The notes: generated from the sequence alone by a model not told the origin. A DNA stretch of 64,000 nucleotides from Octopus sinensis (GCF_006345805.1 NC_042997.1:87916001-87980000); one strand, 5' to 3'. Counted from the first letter of the stretch, positions 1-13,699 are shown. Translations and numbers: made by a program.

Positions 1-34
1 CTGGCATGGAAAATGGACATTTAATGATGATGAT

Positions 35-74
<40 letters not shown>

Positions 75-365
75 CATACATACACTCACAAGCATACAGA
101 TCTTTAAAAATTATCAACAACACTCAACATCCACTTATTCATGCTTTCATGGATAAGACCGAATTTACTGAGGCAGATTTTTTATGATTGGATGTGCTTG
201 CTGTTGATAACCTTCACCTGTTTCCAAACAAGGTAATATTTCCACATGGCCAAAGAAAACTGGAACCAAATGACATCACTTGTATGACAAAACTGCTTGT
301 TCATAACCATCACTTGATGTTAAGACAAGGGTATACTTAAACACATACACACACATGCACACTCA

Positions 366-518
366 CGATGGGCTTCTTTCAGTTTCTGTCTGTCAAATCC
401 ACTTACAAGGCTTTGGTCACCCTGGGACTATAGTAGAAGACACTTGCCCAAGGTGCCATGTAGTTGGACTGAATCCAAAATCATATGGTCAGGAAGCAAG
501 CTTCTTAACTACACAGCC
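366..518 (-). mobile_element. SINE family A, 5' portion (tRNA-like head and body)
   Basis: Colinear with 62660-62835 and 13930-14080 (ggcttctttcagtttc...caaatccact...gaagacacttgcccaaggtgcca...gggactgaac). Confidence 0.75.
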
Positions 519-816
519 TTGATAATATCTGAAAAGACAAAAATCTGTGTGTGCATGGTAAAAAAGATGATTGATAGTTGTTCAAATTTTTTAATAACAA
601 GTAAAAATCAATCAGAATCAACTTAATCTGTCATTTTGGTCAATAAGTAATGTATTGGTAAAGCTATCAATAACTGACTAGATGAAGTACTGAAATTACT
701 TAGTAAACGAGATAATAGACATTTACTATGGTAGCTACAGGCAATCTGTCTGAGATTATGAGGAAATAAGTAATGTTATTGATGAAAACTGATTTGATGC
801 AGCACAATTACTATAG

Positions 817-1558
817 TCATCATCATCATTGTTTAACGTCCATTTCCCATGCTGGCATGGGTTGGATGGTTTGACTGGGTACTGGCAAGCCAGGAGGCTG
901 CACTGGGTTCCAATCTGATCTGGCAATGTTTCTACAGCTGGATGTCCTTCCTAATGCCAACCACTCCGAGAGTGTAGTGGATGCTTTTTACATGCCATTG
1001 GCACAGGAGCCAGTCAGGCAGCACTGCATCAGTCACATTCAGCTGGCATGGGGAACCAATCAAGTGACACTGGCAATAGCCCATGCATGAATGGTGCTTA
1101 TTGAATGCCACCAGTATGAGAGCCAGTCAGATGGCACTGGCATTGGCCACAACTACATTTGCCATTTTTGTTTGTGATTTTATTTTATTTGACTCAATAG
1201 GTCTCCTCAAGCATGGTGTGTCACCCGACGATTCAGAGGTACTTTTTTAAATGGGCTGGTTATGTGACACTGGTATAGGCTACAGCTGTGATCTCACTTT
1301 ATTTGCCAGGTCTTCTCAATCACAGCATATTTCCAGAGATCTCAGTCTCTTATCATTGCCTCTGTGGGGCCCAATGTTTGAAGGTTATGCGTCACTACCT
1401 CATCCCATGTCATCCTGGGTCTCTCTCTTCCACAGGTTCCTTCTACTGTTAGAGAGTGACATTTCTTCACCCAGCTCTCCTCAAGCATACACAGCACATG
1501 ACAATACTAGCGCAGTTGTCTCTCTTGCACACCATATCTGATGCTTCGTATGGCCAAC
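817..1558 (-). mobile_element. RTE-clade LINE, 5'-truncated 3' fragment (ORF end, 3' UTR, (GAT)n tail)
   Basis: Starts tcatcatcatcattgtttaacgtcc, the reverse complement of the (GAT)n tail. Colinear with 17666-18600 and 25547-26380. Confidence 0.85.
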
Positions 1559-1854
1559 ATTTTTTTAAGGAAAATAAAAACATTTTGATATATTTTCTGC
1601 ATTGTAGTGGGTGAATGGTCTGAATATCTTGGCTGGTATAACTGGAGATGTCTGCCAATCACTACAATAGTGAACAATGAGATATGTTATAAGGCACATG
1701 TACTCTTCTTAGAAGCAACAGCCATTTAGGGAACTAGATGCTCTGTAGAACTTTTTATAAACTTACAAACACTTCATTAGTCTTTTGTTGTACTACTGTA
1801 GGGATTCTAAGTGAAGTATCATCATCTTGTCTTATCAAATGATTAGTTTACAGT

Positions 1855-2027
1855 TTCCATTTAAACCAGCTGTATCTAGCCAAAATATTCTACATGCTTT
1901 ATGTTCAAGCTGTTCAGATGTTGCCTCTCACACCAACCCTACAATATCATTGTAAAAATTAAGTCACCTCATCAAAATCTCAAAACTACATGATTAATTC
2001 AAAACAATGTGAATGCTAAAGGGTTAA
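1855..2027 (+). mobile_element. piggyBac-type MITE, partial copy
   Basis: Ends aatgctaaaggg|ttaa; body matches 11791-12020. Confidence 0.7.
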
Positions 2028-2556
2028 AACCCTTTTATGCTTCAAATTAAATTAGCAGTCTCATAAAGTATATGCCAAAAAGTGCAACTAATTCTCATAC
2101 TGCTTACTACTTAGAATAAAAATGTTTGATAATTGATTTTGGACTTGTGTATCAATGAAAATGAAAGCCTGAAGTAGATAGTGAATTTTTTTTGTTCATA
2201 CTAACTGTTGTACTTGGTTCATAACTGACAATCTGCCACAAGTATTTTTGGCTGATGTGTTATAAATTTATATTCTGTGGCTGTGATTAATTCCTGCTTG
2301 TTGAATGGCATTGAATGAATACTTTTGACTCAATCTGCTGATAAAACTAGAATAAAATGACTTCATGGAGAGCACTAAATTTGTGAGTAGCTTGAGTATT
2401 CATAGTGTGATCAATCACATCTGTGATCTTTATTGGATGTTAGAAATATTTGAGTATTTGTACACACTATTTTTTTTTTGTTATATAGTATAATAGAAAT
2501 AGCAGTTAAATCTTCCTTGGATGACATTCTACTTTCTTCAATAAAAAAATGATGAC

Positions 2557-3608
2557 TCTGTTCAATTTGGCTTACAGATTTTTTAATTAATATTTTTTAA
2601 CCAAACAGCTTGAAACTTGGTATACTGGTGGAATTTCTCACCAAGAACATGTTTTACTTTGAACATTTTTGACAAAATTTTGTATCTTAGAAGTTATTTC
2701 ATGCTAAAGTTGTTGTATTCAGTTGAAGAAAGCTACTGCTGTTTGCGATAGTAATCAAAGAGGAACAACTTCCAGGTCATCTCTACTAAATGTCACCACT
2801 CTGTTCTATTTTATTTTTTGTTTACTGCCTGTGTTGCATATTACATGCTTTTTTTTTTGCTTGGTTCATCAGAGTAACCAGGAAACATATAGAGCTACAG
2901 GTCCACAGCTAGCTTTTTTGTTGTTGATGTGTATGGAGTTTCAAAATGCCTTATTTTACAACTATGAGATGCATTGTTATTATGATTTTTATCTTACTAT
3001 AACCAACAACAAACACATTTCGTCAATACAAAGGTCTTTATTAGATAAAAAATAACATTATCAAAACATAAAGGTAAAACAAAATAAATATGCTTTGTTT
3101 TCTTCCAGGCACCAATGCACTGTAGCTGTAAGCCACACTCTAAGTTTTCCAGGTAAAAAAATTGCAGCTTATACACTGGAAAATACAGTAATTGTAGTGG
3201 TAGTAACAAGTTCATTCACTGGTTGCTAGCGGCTGTCTGCCAGTAGGGAGCAAAAGAGTAAGGAATGCAGGGTGCTGACTAGAAAGGAAGAATGGATAAT
3301 GGTGGAATTGTCTTCACTCAAAATACGAATAGAACTGAGTGGGGACATTTAGTAGAGATGACCTGGAAGCTGTTCCTCTTCGATTACTATCACAAACAGC
3401 AGTAGCTTTCTTCAACTGAATGCATGTCGTTGATTGGCTAAATTACCCAAATACAACAACTTTAACTTGAAATAACTTCTAAAATATGAAATTTTGTCAA
3501 AAATGTTCAAAGTAAATCATGTTCTGAGTGAGAAATCCCACCAGTATACGAAATTTCAAACTGTTTAGTTTAAAAAAATTTTTTAACTTGTGTGCCAAAC
3601 TGAACAGA
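2557..3608. mobile_element. Foldback-like structure: ~260-290 bp inverted repeats (2557-2812 / 3322-3608) around a ~510 bp core
   Basis: The reverse complement of 3322-3608 aligns to 2557-2812 (tctgttca.tttggc...tatactggtgg.atttctcac...agttgaagaaagctactgctgtttg...ttccaggtcatctctactaaatgtc), with one ~30 bp indel. Confidence 0.85.
3115..3190 (-). mobile_element. Tigger/pogo-like terminal fragment inside the foldback core
   Basis: Minus strand reads TACTGTATTTTCCAGTGTATAAGCTGCA...TGTGGCTTACA, resembling the TACCGTATTTT..CGTATAAG.CGCA..TGCGGCTTATA ends of pogo-type elements. Confidence 0.55.
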
Positions 3609-6363
3609 TCTAAAATGATATATTGGATCATGAAATATTAAACTTACTCAAATATTTAAATTATTCAAGTATTCAAAGCTTGAACTTAGTTATCATATAA
3701 ATAGGCATTTACTCTGCAAGCCAAATAGGGAACCTCTGTAATTTCTCCCAAATTACTTAGCATAGCAGCTGAATCTCCCCCAAATCACACCCTACTTTCT
3801 TTAATAAAGGATATATTGGGCGGTACAGACCCCGAGATACTGAAAATACCATAGTCATGGCTTCAATGCCTTTGATTAACAGCCCTCATTCTGCCGCTAC
3901 TGCCATTAGACTAAAATAATGAAATTGTTAGCTTCATACATAGTAGAAAGTAATGTCATGTACTAACTGAATATGCAACCCACTAAACTGCACTTATTTC
4001 ACTTCACATACATTGCTATTAGTTAATTTTAAAAAAACATGTACATCCCTGAGGTACATGTTTTCCTTCCATACAAATGTGAAAACTTAAGTGAAAGATT
4101 AATTTCATAAGCAATCAGCTGTATCGTTTTTACATTCAAATAATCTTATATAGTGTCAGTGAATGTATTTTGTAATTTCAAGTTGTATTTCATACTAATA
4201 CGCATAAGTAGTTAGAACATTTTGATGAGATAAGCTTATCATGTGTAATGAGTTTATACAAAGAGATTATAAACTGACTAGCTGTGAAGATAAAGTGTTG
4301 GCAATCAACTGAGTAGTCATGTGTTTAACTTGTATCTTGGTCATTTTGCATTTTAGTTATTTGGTTACTTGAATTTGCCTCATTGAAAGTTGATTCAAAT
4401 TTGGCTTCCTGATTAAGTAATAAGCATTAAAAAGGTCATTCAACTACTATAAAAATATTTTGAACAGTTTATATGAAAATTTCTTATTCTGTCTATTATA
4501 CTCAGATAGAAAATTGAAAGTAAGAATTTCTCTCAGTATTTTTAGTCAGATTTTGGGTAGCAGAAGGATAGAATCAATTGAAGTTATTCAGTACAATGAT
4601 GTTACTCAGTATAATACTGGTGCTTATTTTATCCTGAAAGGATGAAAGCTAAATCAGTTTATTTGGAGTTGAACTTTAATGATCTAGAGAATGTGTACTA
4701 GTTAAAACTTTTTTAAATCCTCATGTATCATAAATCAAGGCAAACCTATATGTCAATATTCTTAGAGAGGATAACAAAAAATGAAAAAAGTTTCTTTAAA
4801 TGCAGTCTTCTTGATGCCTCAATGGAATAATTATTTTTGAATAGGTGGTAGTTACGCAATTCATTGGGTCAATTCCAATATATTACTAAATCTTATTGTA
4901 TTGATCTTAGAGCATTATAAGATGAAATTGACCCCAGGAAGGATAAAATAGAATACTGTAAGATGCTTTGCTGAATGTTTTGCTATTTCTGCTAATTTAT
5001 TATCATTGAATCAAAGATAGATATTTGATTTGATTCTCAAAGCTGTTACATTCCAAAACGGCAGTTTACCATAATGAGTTCCCTGTGCAAATTCTATATT
5101 TTTTAGCAATATATAATTGCATAACAAAGATAATAGAAAAATCTTGAAAATAAATATATTGAAATTAGGTGGTAGCTGTCTTCCGTAAGATACTTGCTAC
5201 AAAACAATGGAGGAAGGTAAAAATGATTTCAGTGCTACAAAAAATTTCTTAGACATGATCATGATTTTATTGTGAAAAGTTAGAGATTGTTTAATATTCA
5301 TGCCTTCCTTTGGGGCATTAGCAGAAAAAGTTGGCTTCATTTTCAAATTCAAGGTAAATTGGTTACTGGGTTCAACAGAAACATGCATGGCACATAACAA
5401 TGGAATCTAAATAAGATATAAAATGTAGCCATGCTTTAAATATCAGTTTGCACACTAGCATGTTTCAAATATTATTCATGCAAATATTTTAACTTGCATA
5501 TTTTAATTCTTGTTTTTAAGTGATTATGAAAAGGATTTGAACTTATGATCTTTTTATTTTTATCTTATTTAATTCTGTATGTTAGGCGACATCAAATACA
5601 AGTATATCTTCATGCATTTGCAAATGTAAGTATACTTAAGTATACACATACACACTGTATTCTGTGCATATGTATGACAATGTGTGCGTGAATATGTCAA
5701 TATATATAGACATAAATATGTGTGCGTGCATTTATGTATGAATATTAGCTGTCTTCAATCTCTCTCATTCTCTTTTTCTCTTCCTTGGATTCTGTTTTTA
5801 TCTTTTTAATTGTAAATGTGTGTGTATGCATGTATGTATCTCTCTCTCTATACACACACACACAGATATATATATATATGTTCATTCATACACACACCAG
5901 TATTTATTTCTTTTAGCCTGACAATCATATAAAATTTCATTGAGATTTAAAGGTGCCAAATTGTAGACAAGTTCATTAATATTAAATTATAGATTTTATC
6001 TCCAATTTTCAGTTTACAATTCTGCTGTTCGTTTATATATTTTAAAGTGTTATAAACATAATTTTTTAAATTGGTGAACGGATATATAATGAATATTTAA
6101 TGAAAATATTGATGTTTGCTACTACCATGATATTTTGTGATTTGTATTTAGTAGTACTGAGGGTGAGTTACAATATATATTAATTCACTATTAATATATA
6201 TATGTAATTTTGAAATGCTAGTACTGCAATCATACATCTAATAATATTAGTTTTGACTTCTTTATGATTCTAGGTCAATGCCAATCCACACACATACATT
6301 TAATTCCACTTAAAAAAAAAATGGATGAGAATCATATTATTTCATACACCTTTTTTATGTATG

Positions 6364-6735
6364 TATTGTAGGCAAGGTTGTGTGGTGAGAAGTTTGCTTC
6401 CCAACCACATGATTTCAGGTTCAGTCCTTGGGAAAGTAACTTCTGCTAAGGCCCTAGGCTGAGCAAAGCCTTGTGAAAGGATTTGATACAGGGGAAACTG
6501 AAAAAATCCCGTCTTGCGTGTGTGTTTGTTTTGTCCCCTTTCATTGCTTTGACAGTTGGTGTAGGTTTGTTTACTTACCCTGTAACTTGGCATTTCATTA
6601 AAAAGAGACTGATAGAATAAGTCACCAGATTTCAATAATATAAGTAATGGGGATGAATTGTTCAATTAAACCCTTCAAGCCAATGCCCCAGCATGGTTGT
6701 AGTCCAATGACTAAAACAAGTAAAAGATAAAAGAT
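6364..6735 (+). mobile_element. SINE family A, near full length
   Basis: tRNA-like head (gtgtggtgagaagtttgcttcccaacc...ggttcagtcc), (GT)n middle, and tail gccccagcatggttgtagtccaatgactaaaacaagtaaaaga. Colinear with 62470-62835. Confidence 0.8.
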
Positions 6736-7783
6736 GTCTGTCTTCTTAAATTAGAAGTTATAACACTTTAGTTACCATATATCTGTTGAAATATGCTGTT
6801 TTTGTTTGAAATAATTGAAGAATTTAGCAAAATAACTTTGCCATTATTGAACTGCTATTTGGAACAGAAATTAACATGAAATTTTGATGCAAGGTTTCAG
6901 CTTAGATCTTTTTAAAATGATAGGTTTATATGATAGAACCAGGGGTGGTATTGGACTGGTTGGTATCAAAATGGTTAATTATGTAACACTGAAAGGCCAA
7001 GTGCATTATTTGAGGAGGAGAGATAATGATACCAATTCAATTTCTAATAAATATGAAACCATTTGCCTTGTCAAATGAATTAACTTAGAATTCTGAGGAG
7101 AAGCATAGTGATTGTTGAAACTTTTTGCAACAAAATCCTTGAGTGTTAGCTTTTGTAGATAAATAAAATTTTTATCCGTAAACATTCTTTAACTTCAACA
7201 ACTATGAATTTGTGTCCAAAAAGAACACTTAGAATGCAAATGAAAGCAAGTTTAAATAGAAGACTGGTTATTACTTATGTATCAGTTTCCTTTTCTGCAA
7301 TACTGGTAGAATTACAGTGTTTAAAGTATGAGCTAGTCCCATGCAGTTTGACACCAGCTTTGCTGTGACTAATACTAGATTGCTTTCAATATTCTAATAC
7401 GAATTAATAACTACTTGTAACAGACTGAATTCTAGAAAATGCAATCGCCTATACCCCTTTTCTAATCAAAGTAATATATATTTTAGTAAGCCCTAATTTT
7501 ACTTTAGCATTTGCACATTGAGTCACTATGACTTGTCAAGCTAAGGTACTAGATTTTTCACATGACTCAAGAGTTAAATAACATAATCATTGTAATGGGG
7601 CTCTGTGCAAGGTACATGATTTATACTTGCCGTAGCCTTTACCTGGTGGTTTACAGGTTCTAACTTAGAGTTTAGTGGTAAACAAAGTATCCAGCTTAAA
7701 ACAGTTGTTCCTACAATGTAAAAATATTTACATTTACAAAAACAATAACGCTGATGTTATAAAAACTGTACAAAAACATATAT

Positions 7784-8085
7784 GAAGGCACATGGTTTAG
7801 TGGTTAGGGCATTCGGCTGATGATCATAATGTCATGAGTTCAATTCCCAGTGATGCCTTATATCCTTGAGCAAGACACTTTATTTCACTTTGCTTCAGTC
7901 CACTCAGCTGGCAAAAAGGAGTAGTACCTGTATTTCAAAGGGCCAGCCTTGTCACACTCTGTGTCACACTGAATCTCCCTGAGAACTACGTTAAGAGTAC
8001 ATGTGTCTGTGGAGTGCTCAGCCTCTTGCACTTTAATTTCATGAGCAAGCTGGGACCCTCATTGTCATAACCGATGGAGTGTTAT
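7784..8085 (+). mobile_element. tRNA-derived SINE family C
   Basis: A-box-like tggtttagtgg, B-box-like gagttcaattcc, central block ttgagcaagacactttatttca...ccactcagctg. The 3' part is repeated at 30420-30600. Confidence 0.8.
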
Positions 8086-8749
8086 ATAAATATATATATA
8101 AAGCACCCAGTCGACTATGTAAAGGGCTTGGCATTAGGAAAGGCATCCAGCCATATAAACTGTGTCAAAGCAGACATTACTGTTACTGATGGCATATAAA
8201 AAGTGTTCAGTCCACTCTGTAAAGTGGTTGGTATTAGGAAGGGCATCCAGCTATAAAAAGCATGCGAAAATTACAGTGAAGCTTGGTGCAGTCCTCTGGT
8301 TTACCAGCCCCTGAAAAACCATCCAACCCATGCCAGAACAGAAGACAGATGCTAACTGATAATGAGGATTATATATATATTGTTGCTATTATGCAAAAGT
8401 GTTCTAAGTCTAAAACATGGTAACTTTCTTGGCATTAAACAAGATGCTTCGAAATTCCCATCAACTACATGATAGAACTGAAACATATATGTAAATTTTT
8501 TTTTTCTTTTTTTATGATTGATTGATTCTAGTTTCAGCTCACGAGCTGTGGCCATGCTGGGGCACTATTTTCCTTTGAGCTTTTCAACTTCCAAACAATT
8601 TATTTCTAATGTATTTTTTAAAAACATGTCATCTTTTTGTAACATACAAGTAAATTTGTAAGTACATCCATTTATTCTCCATTTTCTTCTTTGTTTTCCC
8701 TCAATATTGATAATTTCAGTAATCCTGAACATATGCCATTGACTTTCAC

Positions 8750-9245
8750 ATTAGGCCTGTTGGGGCAAGTGAAATGAAAGTCAAATTAGATGACAGCACC
8801 ACATGACTGGCATCCGTGCTAGTGGAGTGTTAAGAGCACCATCCAAGCGTGATCATTGCCAGGGCTGCAGACTGGCTCCCTGCACCATTTGAGTGTGATC
8901 ATTACCAGCATCGCCTTACTGGCACTTGTGCCGGTGGTACGTGAAAAACAACATTCAAGTGAGGGCGTTGCCAGTGCCGCTGGACTGGCTCCTATGCAGG
9001 TGACATGTAAAAATACCATTTGAGCGTGGCTGTTACCAGTACTGCCTGACTGGCCCTCATACCGGTGGTACGTAAAAGCACCCACTACACTCTTGGAGTG
9101 GTTGGTGTTAGGAAGGGCATCCAGTTGTAGAAACTCTTCCAGATCAGATTGAAGCCTGGTACAGCCATCTGGCTCACCAGTCCCCAGTCAAACTGTCCAA
9201 CCCATGCCAGCATGGAAAGCAGATATTAAACGATGATGATGATGA
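8750..9245 (+). mobile_element. RTE LINE 3' UTR fragment with (GAT)n tail (a shorter copy lies at 8101-8355)
   Basis: aaagcacccactacactc...ttaggaagggcatccag...ccaacccatgccagcatggaaagcagatattaaacgatgatgatgatga. Confidence 0.85.
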
Positions 9246-9297
9246 GGAAGAGGATATAACTTCCTCAAATTAACTATATATATATATATATATATAT

Positions 9298-9603
9298 GGA
9301 GGCGCAATGGCCTAGTAGTTAGGGCAGCGGACTCGCGGTCGTAGGATCGCGGTTTCGATTCCCAGACCGGGCATTGTAAGTGTTTATTGAGCAAAAACAC
9401 CTAAAGCTCCACGAGGCTCCAGCAGGGGGTGGTGGCGATCCTTGCTGTACTCTTTCGCCACAACTTTCTCTCACTCTTTCTTCTGTTGGCCTGCTCGCTT
9501 AGCCAGCGGGGTGGCGTCATTTGAAGGCTAAAACAATGCGAAGCGCATAGTGACCAGCGATGTGTAGCAACATCTGATGGCCTGGTCGGTCACGGTGATC
9601 ACG

Positions 9604-9606
<3 letters not shown>
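9298..9606 (+). mobile_element. GC-rich tRNA-derived SINE family B, full length and little decayed
   Basis: Head ggaggcgcaatggcctagtagttagggcagcggactcgcggtcgtaggatcgcggtttcgattccc has A- and B-box-like motifs and many intact CpGs. The 3' half recurs inverted at 26662-26782. Flanked by (TA)n on both sides. Confidence 0.85.
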
Positions 9607-9651
<45 letters not shown>

Positions 9652-9994
9652 AGAAGTGTGTATAATTGTGAATAAAACACAATTATAATGGAGAGGGTTG
9701 CAAAAACCCTTACATGTCTAGAAATAACAGTGAAAATGGTTATAGAACACTATAACTACTCACATTTTATCTCTTCATTATAAAGCTGTCAGCAGGCGAC
9801 ATGATACAAAACTTAAAAGGTTAGTCCTCTATTGCAATTTTGAAGTTAGGAACCAAAAATGTTCCACTCTTCTCTTCAGGAGAAAATTCCTGTAGATACA
9901 AATTAACACTAAAAACATACCTTGGGGCTTTCATGTATCTTGACTGGCAGGAATACTGAGTCAATCTCTATCTATTCATTCAAATTCTAAATTC

Positions 9995-10620
9995 CAATGT
10001 CATGCACAAAGTGTGTGGTCTTGGCATAGTCGGAAAATTGGGAGAATTGCTGCATGACTTTCTGAAGGATAGAAATCAGGTGTTAGTTGCCAATGAGACC
10101 ACCTCCAGTGACACGCAAATAGTGAGTGGTGTTCTGCAAGGCACTGTTTTGGGACCATTACTGTTCATAATGGCTCTCTCAGACATGCCCTTAGCCACAC
10201 AGAATCATGACCACAAGTTATGCAGATGATACAGAAGTTTCACAGGTAATACAGAACCCTGAAGATGTTATGTACTTACAATGTGAGGTGGATGAAATAT
10301 ACAAGTGGGCTGAAAAGAATAGCATACAGTTTAATGCTGAAAAATTTCAAGTCTTGTGCTATCAGCATGCAAAACTAAATGCAGCACCAATTAGATACAC
10401 TGGATGTGGAGGAATTGCAATCCCAGAGATGCAGTTAGTGCAAGATCTGGGCATTTATATGAGTAATGATGCATCCTTCCATGTGCATGTTGCTAAGTTG
10501 GCAATGAAATGCAGACGGTTGACCAGATGAATTCTTAGAACTTTTAGAACAAGTGATCAGGAAACTATGATGGTCCTCTGGAGACACTTGTCTTCAGCCA
10601 CTTTGACTATTGCTTCCAGC
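9995..10620 (+). pseudogene. CR1/L2-group LINE reverse transcriptase fragment (frameshifted)
   Basis: ORFs 10002-10229 and 10207-10530 contain SGVLQGTVLGPLLF, YADDT, FNAEKFQ and DLGIYMS. Closely similar to 15733-17034. Confidence 0.9.
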
Positions 10621-11111
10621 TAAACTGCTTTGATCATTCACCTTACTGGTCAGAACTGATCTCACTTATCTCTCCTCCACTATTCATGTATTATATACAA
10701 CCCAGACTATGTACTAAACATTTGCTCAATCTTTCTTGCCCAAAGCCATTTTACTGAAACTTATTTTCAAAAAATTAACTATACTAATCTCTCCAGTTAT
10801 CTCTTTTCCACAGTTAGTCTAAACCTTCTTTTTAAACTAATGAATTAAAAAAAAATAAAACTAACTAAGCATATATGTCAACTCTTTTGGGATTCATTAA
10901 CTTAGAATTATTTTATTTGAGAATGTTGTCCTTAGCTTAGCCTCTAAACAATTACTGCTGTGTGGTGTAGACAATGCTGACATAATTTCTCAGTCAAAAT
11001 ACTTTGTCTGATTTGAATTTCTCTTTAGAATTACTTCACTTCCATTTCCATCATAGATTCTCATTTCCTTTCCCTATCTCATTTAAAAATGTTTAATGCT
11101 TAATTAAGAAA

Positions 11112-11146
<35 letters not shown>

Positions 11147-11790
11147 GCTGCTGCTGTTGTGGGGAGCTCATTAAACTCTTTCAGTATGTCCAATTTTATC
11201 AGCAAATCATTGTTAACAGTTCTAAAATGGAAAAGACATCTAAGAATATTTTCTTTGAAGAAAATAAATTGTATAAATCATCATTATCATCACCACCAAC
11301 AACACAACTACCACCATCTCTGCCTCCTCCTTTTTCTTCTTGTCTTTTCTCATTCTTTGTTCCCCTCTATTTGTTTTTTTTTTTCATATTCCATGCTTAT
11401 AAGTTTAATTTTTATATTACACAATCATAATAAGACTGCAAATATTTTCCTTCTGCACTGCTTGTAATGGCAGTAAATTAAAATGGTAGTTACAGTTAAG
11501 AAACAAAATCAGTAATTTGTTACAGGAAATTTTTCAGTTTCATTAATGTTTTACTTAAACTAATTAGTGCTGCTTCTGAGTAATAGATTTGTTGCATAAC
11601 TCAATAGAAGTTAAACTGTAATTAGTGCTGTGATATAACTATCACATTCTCAATGTATTTCTATCTAGGTTGTTTGTTTCTTTGCAACTGAGGCATAATT
11701 GTTTGGCTGCTGGTTAAATCTTCAAAGATTCAAATCTTGATGTAGCAGGTTTTTTTATTCCTGTTATTAGGTGACCTTTGTTAGCTTGGT

Positions 11791-12020
11791 TTAACCCTTT
11801 TAGCATTTAAACCTGCCATATCTAGCCCCAAATACTCTTCCTGTTTGATTTTTAAACCAGCCATATCCAGCCTCTCACACCTCCCTACAATGTCATTTTA
11901 AAAATAAATAGTCATATTGTTGAAATCACAAAGCTATGAGATAATGCATGATAAATTCAAAACAATGTGAATAAATAAGTATTACATTTGATAGAGTAAT
12001 TTGAATGCTTAAAGGTTTAA
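11791..12020 (+). mobile_element. piggyBac-type MITE
   Basis: ttaa|cccttttagcatt ... aatgcttaaaggt|ttaa: TTAA-flanked with CCC-type TIR. Confidence 0.8.
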
Positions 12021-12390
12021 ACAGACTTTTAAAATGGGATGACCAACCAAATTTCATATATACAACTCTTGTGTCCAGTACTGGTTTCAAATTTTGGTAC
12101 AAGGCCAGAAATTTCAGAGAAAGGGACTGAGTTAATTAGCTCGACCCCAGTGTTCAACTGGTACTTATTTTATCGATCCCAAAAGGATGAAAGGCAAAGT
12201 CAACCTTGGAAAATATGTTCAGTACTAAAAGCATATTATGCTTCAGACTGATCTGTGATTGCAATGTACTCTCCATTATATAATGTGTAAAGTGTAGTTT
12301 ATCATACAGGACATTTTTCTATCCAGTCTGTTCATTTATGATTGAAATTAGTAGTAAGAGGCATTTTGCAGTAGAGAGATGTGGACATAT

Positions 12391-12599
12391 TTAGCCCTTT
12401 AGTATTCAGATTACAATACTTATTTATTTACACTGTTTTGAATTAGTCATGGACTATCTCATAGCTTCAAGATTTTGATGATGTAATTGCTTATTTTTAG
12501 AATGACATTGTAGAATAGGTACAAGAAGCCAGATCTGGCCAGTTTGAACATAAAATGTAGAATATTTTGATATGGCTGGTTTAAATGCTAAAGAGTTAA
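12391..12599 (-). mobile_element. piggyBac-type MITE, inverted copy
   Basis: ttagccctttagtattc ... aatgctaaagag|ttaa. Body is the reverse complement of 11791-12020. Confidence 0.75.
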
Positions 12600-13699
12600 T
12601 GATCAAATAATTTTCAATTCTTTCAGATTTATTAGTGATGATTGGCAACTCAGCATAGAAAATGGGCTTGATGAGACAATTTATGTATATATATGTGTAT
12701 ATTTATGTGTATATATATATATATGTATGATCTGTTTATTTGGATAAGGGGCATAATAGATATATGATGTTATAGTAATTCACTAAATGGTTACTAAAGA
12801 GACACAATTATTGTGATCTTTGTGGAATGAACATATAGTTGAGTATATGAGTTAAAGCTGAGTGTTGATATGAAATGTGTTCCTTCTATATCTAAGCAGA
12901 CTTTGTCTCACTGTGGATATTTTTGTGATTGAAGTATATGTGCATGCTTCTGTATTAATGTGCAAGTGAGTTTGTCTGTATCTGTATGTTTGTGCATCTA
13001 TTTTGTTGTAGCTGTAGTGAAGGCTCATTACATCCCTTTTTACAGCTTTATTTTACTGTTTGCCATTAATTCCAAATTTAGCATAGTTTTGATATTTTAT
13101 CAATTTACACTTATGCTTGATATTTTTCAGTTTTAGAGTTTGTAAATTTAAAGAGACATTTTTTAAAAAATTATTTTTTTAAAACACATGCTATTAAAAT
13201 TCTGGATTCTTGATAGCATGATCATAGGTTTCTACTTTGCTACAGCCATTTTGTGGTAACTCCTTTGACAAAACTTCATCTCACTCTGAACACCACGAAA
13301 TTAGATATTACCCTAATAATTTGCAACAGGAAGAGTACCTGCTTGGTTTGTATATCACTGTTGTTTATTATTGTGTCCTTCCCTTTTTATGATGGTGGGA
13401 TCTGAATTGAGGAACACTAGACTACTATTTCTAAAATGTTGAGTGATCATGTAGAGGTTTCCTCATTGGTATGTGTGGACTACAGAAGTTGAAGCAGTGT
13501 TGGGTGCTGTCCTGTAAGAAGAGTCAGAAACTAATACTTTGGCAATGGCTTTCATTAATGTTAAAAGGTAGTACTTGGAATGTTAGTCTGTTCTACATTG
13601 CATTAGTCAGTGAGTAAATCAGCTAGAAATTACTACCAAATCTCCTTCAAATTACACTCTACCATCTTAAAAGAGTAAGGATACATTACTTGTAGATCT

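Noticed and set aside
3110-3153. Apparent 44-nt exon with strong splice sites (ttcttccag|...CCAG|gtaaaa)
   Set aside because: It lies within the Tigger-like terminus inside the foldback. Exonisation cannot be excluded but nothing supports it.
4034-4064. Perfect 11-bp hairpin (another at 49259-49287)
   Set aside because: Too short for a pre-miRNA, and a few such stems are plausible by chance in 64 kb of AT-rich sequence.
5169-5410. Coding-looking stretch (VVAVFRKILATKQWRK; LAEKVGFIFKFKVNWLLG) and the antisense 67-aa ORF
   Set aside because: Frames are interrupted, and the second peptide loosely resembles a pogo/CENP-B helix-turn-helix. A decayed transposase is as likely as exons, and neither can be supported.
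7643-7710. Minus-strand exon candidate (TTVLSWILCLPLNSKLEPVNHQ); similar candidates near 9921-9955 and 48758-48780
   Set aside because: Splice-like motifs are frequent by chance at this composition, there is no recognisable protein, and the strand is inconsistent with the other candidates.
9298-9372. Possible tRNA gene (also heads at 7784, 28997, 50440 and 62835)
   Set aside because: No clean cloverleaf or acceptor stem, and each continues into a repeat body. These are SINE or pLTR heads.
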